Part shown: piece by piece, positions 1 to 9,986 of the stretch
Position numbering within the stretch: position 1 is the first letter of the stretch
How the letters are laid out: each line of letters starts with the position of its first letter
Assembly (NCBI GenBank): GCA_031425655.1
Contig: JANPJS010000111.1
Coordinates: forward strand, 1-23,404
Direction: 5' to 3'
From: Abditibacteriaceae bacterium
GTDB lineage: Bacteria > Armatimonadota > Abditibacteriia > Abditibacteriales > Abditibacteriaceae
DNA length: 23,404 nt
Notes under the pieces: model-generated
What the model was told of the DNA's origin: nothing
Databases searched by the model: none
The model's input: only the letters and a program-made list of their open reading frames with translations
Made by a program: the position numbers and the translations under genes

Positions 1-2
1 GC

Positions 3-233
3 GGCGAGAAATTTTCCGATGTGGCCGGATTGAAAAAAAATCTCATCAAACGCCAGGATTTCTTCACCCACATGCTCACCGACCGCCTGCTGACCTACGC
101 CACGGGGCGCCGCATTGAGGCGATGGACGAAGCTGTCGTGGAGCGAATCGTTGCCGGTTTGCCCCAAAAAAATCACGGTATGCGCTCGCTCATTGAGTCT
201 GTGGTGGCGAGCGAGTTGTTTCTCAGTCGTTGA
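3..233 (+). CDS. 3' end of a DUF1585 (PSD2)-terminated PVC protein (DUF1592/DUF1588/DUF1585 family), truncated by the window edge
   Basis: Frame is open from base 3 (GEKFSDVAGLKK...). The motif 'LLTYATGRRIEAMDEAVVERIV...GMRSLIESVVASELF' matches the DUF1585 C-terminal pattern from memory. Confidence 0.75.
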   Translation, partial: GEKFSDVAGLKKNLIKRQDFFTHMLTDRLLTYATGRRIEAMDEAVVERIVAGLPQKNHGMRSLIESVVASELFLSR

Positions 234-258
234 TTTTCTATCCGGCAAAACCTAACCA

Positions 259-287
259 CCATGAACATCAAACACCTCACTCTGCTC
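259..287 (+). repeat. Shared leader sequence, copy 1 (copy 2 at 1266-1294)
   Basis: ccatgaacatcaaacacctcactctgctc vs ccatgaacatcaaccatctcacactcctc, 25/29 identical by manual alignment. Confidence 0.7.
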
Positions 288-1220
288 ATGCTTATGCCGT
301 TGGCTTTCTCGCAGGCAGCGGAGGAATCCCGTCATCCCGACGTGTTCACGATTCCGGCGGATATAGATAATCCCGCCATCACCAGCGGTGAACCCGCGCC
401 GGGCAAAATGGTGCTGCAATCGTTGCCGTCGTATGCCGGGACCGAGGTCGCGCATACGGTTCACCTGCCGCCAGATTGGGAGAAGGGAAAACGCTACCCG
501 GTCATCGTCGAATACCTCGGCAACAATATCCGTGTTCGGGATAACAAGAACATCGGTTACGGCCTCAGTGGCGGCAAAGGGTTCATCTGGGCGGTGCTGC
601 CGATTGTTAGTGCCGATGGCAAACGGGACATGGATTGGTGGTGGGGCGATGTGGCTGCGACCGTTGCTTATGCGAAAGAGGCGGTGCCCGCGATCTGCCG
701 ACAGTGGGGCGGCGATCCCGCGCAAGTCATTCTCACGGGATACTCGCGTGGCGCGATTGCCTGCAATTACATCGGTCTGCACGACGACGAAATCGCCAAG
801 CTCTGGCGGGCCGTCATTCCGGTCAGCCACTATGACGACGGTCGCCCGTGGGGCATGACGCCCGAAGAACAAGGCCGCGCCCCGGAGCGCCTGCGTCGGC
901 TGGGAAAAACTCCCCAGTTCATCTGCGGCGAGTATTCGTCGCGTTCGGCTCGCGGCAGCGATGCCAAGTTGCTGGGGTTCATCAAGGACAAGAATCTCAC
1001 CACCTTCGCCGCCGCGAAGGCCGAATTGGGATTGGAACCGCTCACGGAACTCGAAGGCACCCGGCAGTTCATCGAGCGGCATTTTCCGCAGGGCAACATC
1101 ACCATCGTCAACTCAGCGTGGGTCAATCACGGGCCGACCGTCCTGCACCGGGACACGCCTGAGCGCCGACAAATGCGGGGTTGGCTCCAACAAGTGCTGC
1201 GCAACCCGCCCGCGAAATAA
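261..1220 (+). CDS. Secreted alpha/beta-fold hydrolase (putative esterase)
   Basis: 319 aa ORF with an N-terminal signal peptide, 'VHLPPDWEKGKRYPVIVEYLGN' and the nucleophile elbow GYSRG (GxSxG). Confidence 0.75.
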   Translation: MNIKHLTLLMLMPLAFSQAAEESRHPDVFTIPADIDNPAITSGEPAPGKMVLQSLPSYAGTEVAHTVHLPPDWEKGKRYPVIVEYLGNNIRVRDNKNIGYGLSGGKGFIWAVLPIVSADGKRDMDWWWGDVAATVAYAKEAVPAICRQWGGDPAQVILTGYSRGAIACNYIGLHDDEIAKLWRAVIPVSHYDDGRPWGMTPEEQGRAPERLRRLGKTPQFICGEYSSRSARGSDAKLLGFIKDKNLTTFAAAKAELGLEPLTELEGTRQFIERHFPQGNITIVNSAWVNHGPTVLHRDTPERRQMRGWLQQVLRNPPAK

Positions 1221-1267
1221 TTTACCATCAGACTCATTATAAAAACGTCCCTCCAACCCAACCCGCC

Positions 1268-2830
<1,563 letters not shown>

Positions 2831-2881
2831 AAGGAAGGGCGGCAGCCCAGCCGCCGCACCCCTTTACTCCCACCACTCACC

Positions 2882-3232
2882 ATGACAACCACACAACTGA
2901 CCTTCCTTCTTATCGCGTTGGCCGCCCCCGCGATGGCTGCGAGTCTCGATTTGGCAAACGACCCGGCGACGGGAATGATGAAAAGGAAAAGTCTGCTCAC
3001 CTGCATCGCGTTCGTTTGGGCCATTGCCCAAGGGGTGAATGCTCAATCTGAAATCGCCACGCGCCAGCCCGACGGCAAAGGCTTGGTCGCCATCACCGGC
3101 GAGATTCTTTACAACGTCAGGACACAAACTAAGAACTTCGCGCCCCGCCTCTATGCGCCGGGCAAATACACCGTCAAAGCCGGCAAGGACAAACCTGATA
3201 CGGTCGTGGCGACGGGCGTGGAGGTGGTATAA
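2882..3232 (+). pseudogene. Chimeric 116-aa ORF: two orphan gene heads plus one orphan gene tail fused in frame
   Basis: 2925-2973 matches 7023-7071 (41/49 nt). A second Met and signal peptide start at 2975 and run to RQPDGKGLVAITGE, which resembles 22625-22666. The remainder looks like a C-terminus. Confidence 0.7.
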
Positions 3233-3250
3233 ACGCGCCCGGCAACAACC

Positions 3251-5308
3251 ATGAAACGCATCCTCACTCTTCTCCTCAGCATCCTCTTAGCGACTACTGT
3301 TCCCGTCTTCGCGCAGGAGTCCGCCGATGTCATCGTCTATGGCTCCACGCCGGGCGGCTTTAGCGCGGCCATTGCGGCGGCGCGTGAGGGGGCTTCCGTC
3401 ATTTTGCTGGAGCCGACGGAGCATGTCGGCGGGTTGAACACGGGTGGATTGAGCCACTGCGACTCAAACCAGATGCGGCGCGAGACGCTGATGGGCCTTT
3501 TCGATGAGTGGCATCGGCGCGTGGGGAAGGATTACACCGACCGTGGACTTCCGGCCCCTTACGACGCGGCGCTCAAAGACACCGCGCGCTGGACGTTTGA
3601 GCCGCACGTTGCGATGCGCGTGACGAAGGCAATGCTAACCGAAGCGGGCGTCAGTGTGAAAACCGGGCGCTATTTGAAATTGGTCAAGAAGGAAGGCCCG
3701 CGCATCACCTCGCTCGTCACCAGGGACGGCACGTTCACGGCCAAAGTGTTTGTGGACGGCACCTACGAAGGCGACCTCATGGCGGCAGCGGGCGTGGAGT
3801 GGACGATTGGCCGCGAGGGCCGCGCCGAGTTCGGCGAATCCTACGCAGGGAAACAATTCCCGAAGGCGAAGATGAACATCAGCGGCTTCGATGACGCGGG
3901 CAAGCTGCTGCCGCTGGTGACGACGAGCGATGCCGGCCCCGACGAAGCGGGCGACAAGCACATCATGACTTACAGCTTCCGGCTCTGCCTCACGCGAGAC
4001 GCTGCGAAGATGGTGCCCATGCCGGAGCCTGCGAAATACGACCCTGCGCGTTTTGAACTCGCCCGCCGCGCTCTGAAGGCCGGTGTCAAAGTAGGCTTTG
4101 ACCTCTACCCGTTGCCCGGTGGCAAGCTCGACGGCAACAATTCCATCGGCGGCCAGATTTCGCTGGGTCTTGTCGGCGGCGGCAACAATTGGCACAGCGC
4201 CGATGAAGCGGGACGCGCGAAGATTTGGGAGGAACACAAGCAATACACCCTGGAGTTTCTCCACTTCCTTCGCACCGACCCCGCTGTGCCGCGAAAAGTG
4301 CGCGATGAGTTCGCGGGCCTCGGCCTGTGCAAAGACGAGTTTGCGGCGACCGCCCACTTTCCGCCCGCGCTCTATGTGCGCGAGTCGCGGCGCATGAAAG
4401 GGGCGTATGTGCTTTCGCAAAAGGACATCATCAACTCGCCGGAGAAAGACGACCCGATTGCTATCTCATCGTTCCCGATTGATTCGCACGACTGCCAGCG
4501 CGTGGCCTTGAAAGACGGCGGCGTCATCAATGAAGGCACCATTTTTCCCGTGCGAGTCCCCGGCACCAGAATGGGCTACGCTTACCATGTTCCCTATCGC
4601 TCGGTGCTGCCCAAGCCCGACCAATGCACGAACCTGCTCGTGCCCATTGCTCTCTCCTGCACGCACGTCGCCGTTTCATCACTCCGCATCGAAGGCGCGT
4701 GGATGGTCATCGGACAAGGCGCAGGTATCGCGGCGGCGCTGGCGGCGAAACAAGCGGTCGCCGTGCAAGACCTGCCCTATCCAGTCCTGCGCCAGCGGCT
4801 CCTCGCGCAGGGGCAAGTGCTTGCTCTGCCGGTTCCGCCCGAAAAAGCAGCGGCGAAGGAAGATAATTTCATCCCCGTAAAGTCGCTGCCCGGCATCGTG
4901 CTCGACGACGCCGATGCGGAACTGAAGGGCGAGTGGACGCGCTCGACGAACTTCAAACCGAGCATCGGCAGCGGCTACGTCGTCCACGGGAAAAAGGACG
5001 CCCGCAGCGACGGCAAAGCATCCGCCACTTTCCGCGTCAAAGTGCCGAAATCCGGCGAATACAACGTGCTGATCGCTTATTCCGCACACGAAACCCGTGC
5101 CACGAACGTGCCTGTGGTCATCACCAGCGGCACACGCGAAACGAAGCTCATGGTGGATCAAACCCGTCATTTGCTTGCCGGGCAGCACTTTCATCTCATC
5201 GGCACGGTGCAACTGGCAGCAGAAGGCGAAACCATCATCCAAATCCAAACCACCAACACCACCGGCTTCATCGTTCTCGACGCCGTGCAGTTGGTTCCGG
5301 TCCAATAA
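3251..5308 (+). CDS. Secreted FAD-dependent oxidoreductase (FAD_oxidored type) with a C-terminal golvesin/xanthan-lyase-like beta-sandwich
   Basis: Motifs DVIVYGSTPGGFSAAIAAAREG, FVDGTYEGDLMAAAGV, LYVRESRRM and LSCTHVAVSSLRIE. The C-terminal domain reads 'GIVLDDADAELKGEW...GFIVLDAVQLVP'. Confidence 0.88.
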   Translation: MKRILTLLLSILLATTVPVFAQESADVIVYGSTPGGFSAAIAAAREGASVILLEPTEHVGGLNTGGLSHCDSNQMRRETLMGLFDEWHRRVGKDYTDRGLPAPYDAALKDTARWTFEPHVAMRVTKAMLTEAGVSVKTGRYLKLVKKEGPRITSLVTRDGTFTAKVFVDGTYEGDLMAAAGVEWTIGREGRAEFGESYAGKQFPKAKMNISGFDDAGKLLPLVTTSDAGPDEAGDKHIMTYSFRLCLTRDAAKMVPMPEPAKYDPARFELARRALKAGVKVGFDLYPLPGGKLDGNNSIGGQISLGLVGGGNNWHSADEAGRAKIWEEHKQYTLEFLHFLRTDPAVPRKVRDEFAGLGLCKDEFAATAHFPPALYVRESRRMKGAYVLSQKDIINSPEKDDPIAISSFPIDSHDCQRVALKDGGVINEGTIFPVRVPGTRMGYAYHVPYRSVLPKPDQCTNLLVPIALSCTHVAVSSLRIEGAWMVIGQGAGIAAALAAKQAVAVQDLPYPVLRQRLLAQGQVLALPVPPEKAAAKEDNFIPVKSLPGIVLDDADAELKGEWTRSTNFKPSIGSGYVVHGKKDARSDGKASATFRVKVPKSGEYNVLIAYSAHETRATNVPVVITSGTRETKLMVDQTRHLLAGQHFHLIGTVQLAAEGETIIQIQTTNTTGFIVLDAVQLVPVQ

Positions 5309-5361
5309 CACACCATGATCACCATCCCCAAGATTTTCCTTCTGATCTTCGCGCGCACTTC
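5282..5361 (+). repeat. Junction repeat A (oxidoreductase 3' end, spacer and orphan head MITIPKIFLLIFARTS)
   Basis: Direct repeat of 6905-6978, differing by 4 substitutions and one 6-nt indel. Confidence 0.93.
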
Positions 5362-5363
5362 CT

Positions 5364-5434
5364 GCTGGAAATTTGAATTTCACAAGAGGAACACCATGAG
5401 AAACCCAATTTGCCGTCTGACCAAGTCGTTGCCG
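5364..5434 (+). repeat. Junction repeat B (orphan tail LLEI*, spacer and start of the GH29-like gene)
   Basis: Diverged direct repeat of 6841-6908, with shared blocks gctgg, tttgaatttca, aacaccatg and caagtcgttgccg in the same order. Confidence 0.8.
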
Positions 5435-6853
5435 CTGCTTGCCGCTCTCGCTGCCGCACCAATGCCCACCCACGCCGAAACTTTTCGCCCCGATTTCCGC
5501 GTTAAGCCTGACGATGTCACGGTTCTGCACGCCGCCGACGTGCCGCCGCCTGCGGGAACCAAAATCTTTCAGGGAGGCGCGCACGGCAAATTTTTCATGC
5601 GCGATTGGACGCGCAGTGACCAGGTTTTTCGCTGGGAGGTGACTGTGCCGCAAGGCGACGACTACCAAGTGAACATTCTTGCGCGCCGCAACAGCGAAGC
5701 GCCGCTGCGCGTGGAAGTGCAGTGCGGCGAGCGCAAAATCGGCGATGCGCTGACCATCGAACCGCGCAAATGGAACCGCCAAACGCTGCCCGGCACGCTG
5801 CGCTTGGAAGCGGGCGCGCAAAGCATCGCGCTGCGTGTGGCCGCGCCCGACACTTTCTCGGCGGAGCTGCTTTCCATCGAACTCGTGCGCCCGGCGGTGC
5901 GCGAAAAGCAACTCCGCGAGGCGCTGGCGTTGCGCGCCGACACGGCGTGGCTGCAAAAGGCGCGCTTTGGCCTGATGGTGCATTGGACGGCGCAAAGCAT
6001 GCCGCAGCGCGGAGAGCGCAAGCCCTACGCCGAGGCGGTGCAAAACTTCGATGTGGAAAAATTCGCTGACCAGGTGCAAGCCACCGGCGCGGGCTTTTTG
6101 GTGCTGACCACCTCGCACGCGCTGATGTATTTTCCGGCGCCGCTCAAGTCGCTGGACGCCATTTTTCCGGGCCGCACCGCGCCGCGCGACCTCGTGGCGG
6201 AGCTTGCGGCGGCGCTGAAAAAACGCGGCATGAAACTGTTTCTCTACTATCATATCGGTGCCGTTAACGACTCGGCGTGGCTGCGCGCCAGCAGCTTCTG
6301 GGAAACCGACACCACGAAGATTTTCGACAACTGGACGGCGATTATCAGCGAAGCCGGCGCTCGCTACAAAGAGGATTTAGCGGGCTGGTGGTTCGACGAC
6401 GGCACCACCAACTACTACTATCGCAGCGCGCCGTGGCAGCGCCTGACACGCGCCGCGAAGGCCGGCAATCCAGCGCGCCTCGTGGCCTACAACCCGTGGG
6501 AATTGCCCGCCGCCACGCAGTTTCAAGATTATTTTTGCGGCGAAGGCAACGGCGACCCCGGCAGCGGCGGCGCGCTGACTCCCGGCGACAACGGCCTGCT
6601 GCGCGGCGGTTCGCACGCAGGAATGCAAGCCTGCGCCACGCTCAACACTGAAAGCGACTGGGACTGGGTGCATGATAAACGCGACACCACCATCGGCCCG
6701 CCGCGTTGGAACATCGCCCAACTCGCCGACATTTTGCGCCGCTACGCTGCGCTCAAAAACGTGCCGATTTTTAATTGCGAAATTTATCAGGAAGGCACCA
6801 TTTCGCCGCAAACCGTCGAACGCTTCCGCGCCGCGAACGCGCTGGCGTTTTGA
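5396..6853 (+). CDS. Secreted GH29 (alpha-L-fucosidase)-like TIM-barrel protein with an N-terminal CBM-like beta-sandwich
   Basis: Motifs WLQKARFGLMVHW, FDVEKFADQVQATGAGFLVLTTSH, GMKLFLYY and GWWFDDG. The start is placed at ATG 5396 (aagagga upstream, then a signal peptide). The 5315 start belongs to repeat A. Confidence 0.75.
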   Translation: MRNPICRLTKSLPLLAALAAAPMPTHAETFRPDFRVKPDDVTVLHAADVPPPAGTKIFQGGAHGKFFMRDWTRSDQVFRWEVTVPQGDDYQVNILARRNSEAPLRVEVQCGERKIGDALTIEPRKWNRQTLPGTLRLEAGAQSIALRVAAPDTFSAELLSIELVRPAVREKQLREALALRADTAWLQKARFGLMVHWTAQSMPQRGERKPYAEAVQNFDVEKFADQVQATGAGFLVLTTSHALMYFPAPLKSLDAIFPGRTAPRDLVAELAAALKKRGMKLFLYYHIGAVNDSAWLRASSFWETDTTKIFDNWTAIISEAGARYKEDLAGWWFDDGTTNYYYRSAPWQRLTRAAKAGNPARLVAYNPWELPAATQFQDYFCGEGNGDPGSGGALTPGDNGLLRGGSHAGMQACATLNTESDWDWVHDKRDTTIGPPRWNIAQLADILRRYAALKNVPIFNCEIYQEGTISPQTVERFRAANALAF

Positions 6854-6908
6854 ATTTCATCAAAGTAACACCATGCAAAAGCCAGCTTTTTTGAACAAGT
6901 CGTTGCCG
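6841..6908 (+). repeat. Junction repeat B' (3' end of the GH29-like gene plus orphan paralog head MQKPAFLNKSLP)
   Basis: See repeat B. The ATG at 6873 encodes MQKPAFLNKSLP, similar to MRNPICRLTKSLP at 5396. Confidence 0.8.
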
Positions 6909-6978
6909 TGCAGTTGGTTCCGGTCAAATAACACACCATGATCCCCAAGATTTCCCTTCCGATCTTCACGCGCACTTC
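6905..6978 (+). repeat. Junction repeat A' (orphan oxidoreductase tail AVQLVPVK* plus head MIPKISLPIFTRTS)
   Basis: See repeat A. It overlaps B' by the 4 nt gccg. Confidence 0.93.
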
Positions 6979-6982
6979 TCGC

Positions 6983-9190
6983 ATGATCACACGCATGACC
7001 GTCCTCGCTTCGATTTTCGCTTCCCCCGCGATGGCCGCAAGCCTCGAATTGAAAAACGATCCGGCAACGGGCGAACCGGGCAAATTTGCCGCTGCGGAGA
7101 TTCGCCGCGCGGCCACGGCTAAGGGCATGACTTTAGGCGAAGAGGCCAGGGCGACCCGCGTTGTGCTTACGGTGCAAAAGGAAGCCAAGTCCGTCGCGCA
7201 GGGCTACAGCATTCGCGTGCAGAACGAGGGCGGTCGCCGCATCATCACGGTGCGCGGGGCCGATGAGGCCGGTGCAATGTATGGCGGGCTGGATACTGCC
7301 GAGGCGATCCGCACGGGCACGCTCGATGCGCTGAAAGACTCCGACCACAAGCCGCACATCGCGCAACGCGGCATCAAATTCAACATCCCGCTCGATCTTC
7401 GCACGCCCAGCTACACCGACTGCTCGGACGCGGCGCAGGCGAACATCCCGGAAATGTGGGAGCGCACGTTCTGGACGGAGTATTTCGATGCGATGGCGCG
7501 GCATCGCTACAACGTGCTTTCGCTTTGGAGCCTGCACCCGTTCCCTTCGCTGGTGAAAGTGCCGGAGTTTCCCGAAGTCGCGCTCAATGATGTGTGGCGC
7601 ACGCGCGCCAAGCTGGATGACACCTTTAGCTTTGCGGGCACCGACATGGTTCGCCCCGCCATGCTCGCCGATCACGAGGTGGTGAAGCGCATCACTATCG
7701 AAGAAAAAATTGAGTTCTGGCGCTGGGTCATGCAGCAGGCCGCCGACCGGGGCATCCGCGTCTATGTTTTCACATGGAACGTGTTCACCTTTGGCGCCGA
7801 GGGCAAGCACGGCATCACGAGCGATATGGGCAACGAAGCCACGAAAAAGTATTTTCGCGCCAGTGTGCGGGAGATGGTGAAAACCTACCCGTTGCTGGCC
7901 GGCATGGGCATCACGGCGGGCGAAGGGATGCCGCATGACATGGATTCAAAAGTGAAGGAACGCTGGCTGTGGGAAACCTACGGCGAAGGCGTGCGCGATG
8001 CCTTGAAAACCGAGCCGAAACGCCAGTTCGGCATGATTCATCGCTTCCACTGGACGGCGCAAAGCGAAATTCTCGACGCCTTTAAAGAGTATCCGGGCAC
8101 CTTCGATTTCAGCTTCAAGTATTCGGTGGCGCATATGTATTCGATCACCAAGCCGACTTTCATTCAGCCGCTGCTGGAGAACCTCGCGCCGGGCCGAAAG
8201 ACATGGCTCACCGTGCGCAACGACGACATTTACACCTTCCGCTTTGGCGACCCGGCCTACGCCCGCGAATACATTTTGAACATTCCTCCGGCGGACAAGA
8301 TCGCGGGCTTCTACATGGGGCCGGACGGTTACGTGTGGGGCCGCGATTTTCTGGAGCGCCATCCCGGCCCCGGCCCGCGCCCGCTGGTGATGGAAAAACA
8401 ATGGTATTCATTCATGCTCTGGGGGCGGCTGGCCTACGACCCGTCGCTGCCCGACTCGCATTTCGAGCGATTGCTGGCCGCGCGCCATCCTGCCGCAGAC
8501 TCGTCGCAGCTTTTCCGCGCACTGCAAGGCGCCTCGCAGGTGATGCCGCTGACCACGCGCTTTTTTTGGGGCGACATTGATTTGAAGTGGTTTCCCGAAG
8601 CGTGCTGGAGCCATCGAAAGAGCAAAGGCAACGGCTTTTACACGGTGAGGCATTTCATGGAAGGCATTTCCATGCCCGGCGCGAACGTGCTGTGCATCCG
8701 CGACTGGCGTGCGCGCCTCCTTGCCCGCCAAGCGATGGAGCAGACCACGCCGCTCGAAATCGCCAACGCCCTCGACGGTGCCGCTGCGGAGACTTTCGCC
8801 GCGCTCGATGCGCTGCGCGAGGCCGCGAAAACGGACGCCGAACTGCAAAAAAACCTCAACGACTGCCAATCGCTGGCATGGCTGGGCCGCTACTATGCCG
8901 CCAAGATTCGCGGCGCCTGCGCGCTGGCCTTGTTCGATGGAAAGGGCGACAAGGCCGAGCAAGACGCCGCGCTGCGCCACCTCGGCGATGCGCTGAACCA
9001 CTGGAAAAAATACGCCGCCATCCGCGATGCTCATTATGTCCCCGCTCTCTACAACCGCGTCGGCTTTGTGAACATCACGGCGTTGACGGAAAAAGCGGCG
9101 ACCGATCTCGAAATCGCCCGCGACTGGAAGCCGGGCACCCTCAAAGACGACGGCAAACGCGGCGGCAGCGAAAAGGGCTTCCGGCAGTAG
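6983..9190 (+). CDS. Secreted putative glycoside hydrolase of unclear family, with a GH20/GH67/GH115-like N-terminal domain (alternative starts 6938 and 6995)
   Basis: Signal peptide ending PAMA. 'QGYSIRV...ITVRGADEAGAMYGGLD' and 'PHIAQRGIKFN' are typical of the beta-hexosaminidase-like N-domain to barrel transition, followed by 'YFDAMARHRYNVLSLW'. Confidence 0.65.
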   Translation: MITRMTVLASIFASPAMAASLELKNDPATGEPGKFAAAEIRRAATAKGMTLGEEARATRVVLTVQKEAKSVAQGYSIRVQNEGGRRIITVRGADEAGAMYGGLDTAEAIRTGTLDALKDSDHKPHIAQRGIKFNIPLDLRTPSYTDCSDAAQANIPEMWERTFWTEYFDAMARHRYNVLSLWSLHPFPSLVKVPEFPEVALNDVWRTRAKLDDTFSFAGTDMVRPAMLADHEVVKRITIEEKIEFWRWVMQQAADRGIRVYVFTWNVFTFGAEGKHGITSDMGNEATKKYFRASVREMVKTYPLLAGMGITAGEGMPHDMDSKVKERWLWETYGEGVRDALKTEPKRQFGMIHRFHWTAQSEILDAFKEYPGTFDFSFKYSVAHMYSITKPTFIQPLLENLAPGRKTWLTVRNDDIYTFRFGDPAYAREYILNIPPADKIAGFYMGPDGYVWGRDFLERHPGPGPRPLVMEKQWYSFMLWGRLAYDPSLPDSHFERLLAARHPAADSSQLFRALQGASQVMPLTTRFFWGDIDLKWFPEACWSHRKSKGNGFYTVRHFMEGISMPGANVLCIRDWRARLLARQAMEQTTPLEIANALDGAAAETFAALDALREAAKTDAELQKNLNDCQSLAWLGRYYAAKIRGACALALFDGKGDKAEQDAALRHLGDALNHWKKYAAIRDAHYVPALYNRVGFVNITALTEKAATDLEIARDWKPGTLKDDGKRGGSEKGFRQ

Positions 9191-9217
9191 CTTCCGGCAG
9201 TAGCTTCCGGCAGTAGC
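9177..9217 (+). repeat. Perfect 13-bp tandem repeat (gcttccggcagta) x3 spanning the stop codon
   Basis: Units at 9177-9189, 9190-9202 and 9203-9215, plus gc. Confidence 0.95.
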
Positions 9218-9247
9218 AGACCGCCGCAGTCAGAAATCCGAACCAAC

Positions 9248-9448
9248 ATGAATCTCACGCGCCGTCATTTTCTCCAGACCACCACAGCCACATTCGCGCT
9301 GAGTGCGCTGGGCCATCGGCTGCTGGCCGCTGATGCGCCGGAGGCCGATATCTGCGTCTATGGCGCGACGGCGAGTGGCGTCGCAGCCGCGATTGGTGCA
9401 GCAAATGCGGGGGCAAAGGTGATCGTCGTGAAGCCATCGCACTGGCTC
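9248..9448 (+). pseudogene. 5' fragment of a Tat-exported FAD-dependent oxidoreductase
   Basis: MNLTRRHFL twin-arginine signal followed by DICVYGATASGVAAAIGAANAGAKVIVVKPSHWL, paralogous to the 3251 N-terminus. Similarity stops abruptly near 9448. Confidence 0.82.
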
Positions 9449-9742
9449 AACGCATTGCGGCAGGCTTCGCGCTTTTGTGGACGGCGCTGGTCTATTGGAA
9501 ATTGGTTTCCCTGTAGAACGTGGTGCTACTGACGCTGATTGGCGGCAGCGTCAACGCGTTCGATGTGCCGGTGCTTCAAGCGTTCAACTCGGAAATGGTG
9601 CCGTCCGACGATTTGCCAACGCCATCGCGTTCAATTCAACAACATTTAACGGAGCGCGCGTGATTAGCCCGGCTTTGGGTGGCTATCTGATTCACGCTCT
9701 GGGCATGGCGGGCAGTTTTTTGGCGAACGCAGTATCGTTTTC
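9445..9742 (+). pseudogene. Internal fragment of an MFS transporter (MFS_3/DUF894-like) with a stop and a frameshift
   Basis: AQRIAAGFALLWTALVYWKLVSL*NVVLLTLIGGSVNAFDVPVLQAFNSEMVPSDDLP / NAIAFNSTTFNGARVISPALGGYLIHALGMAGSFLANAVSF. TAG at 9514-9516, frameshift near 9617. Confidence 0.8.
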
Positions 9743-9903
9743 CAATGCCGGGGGCGCGCGGCGCTTCGCCGGGGCGTGGCTTGAGGCGGCCTTCGCATTC
9801 AGCGTTTACTGGCGCTTTAAGCAGTGGTGGAAACTGCGCTCCTTGGATGCGTGCGAAAATTGGGTTGCATTAGGGAAATGAGTCCTCCCGAAAATGGAAC
9901 AAC

Positions 9904-9986
9904 AAATATTACCGCACAATATTTCCTACGAACCTGCATTAGGCTCAAACCAGCACTTGCGAAAAAATAATAATTGTCCTCATACT
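9904..9986 (+). promoter_or_regulatory. AT-rich putative promoter with an inverted-repeat operator
   Basis: AAATATT-N7-AATATTT at 9904-9924, then TTGCGA (9957-9962), 18 nt and CATACT (9981-9986), upstream of the four-gene cluster. Confidence 0.45.

Noticed and set aside
1181..1267. Upstream starts from the ORF track (1181, 5315, 10019, 11301, 20501)
   Set aside because: They overlap upstream genes or relics, or lack an initiation context. Downstream ATGs give proper signal peptides or an SD.
2838..2868. ggcggc-N6-gccgcc hairpin after the sulfatase stop as a terminator
   Set aside because: The stem is short and has no adjacent U-tract, so support is insufficient.
5282..6978. IS or transposon with target-site duplication
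   Set aside because: There is no transposase or terminal inverted repeat, and the repeats are about 70-80 bp, diverged and derived from gene junctions.
9177..9217. Possible CRISPR array
   Set aside because: The 13-bp units are contiguous without spacers, and no cas genes are present.
9817..9890. Minus-strand ggagga followed by MQPNFRTHPRSAVSTTA* as a divergent gene
   Set aside because: It has only 17 codons, the SD spacing is long, and there is no recognisable similarity.
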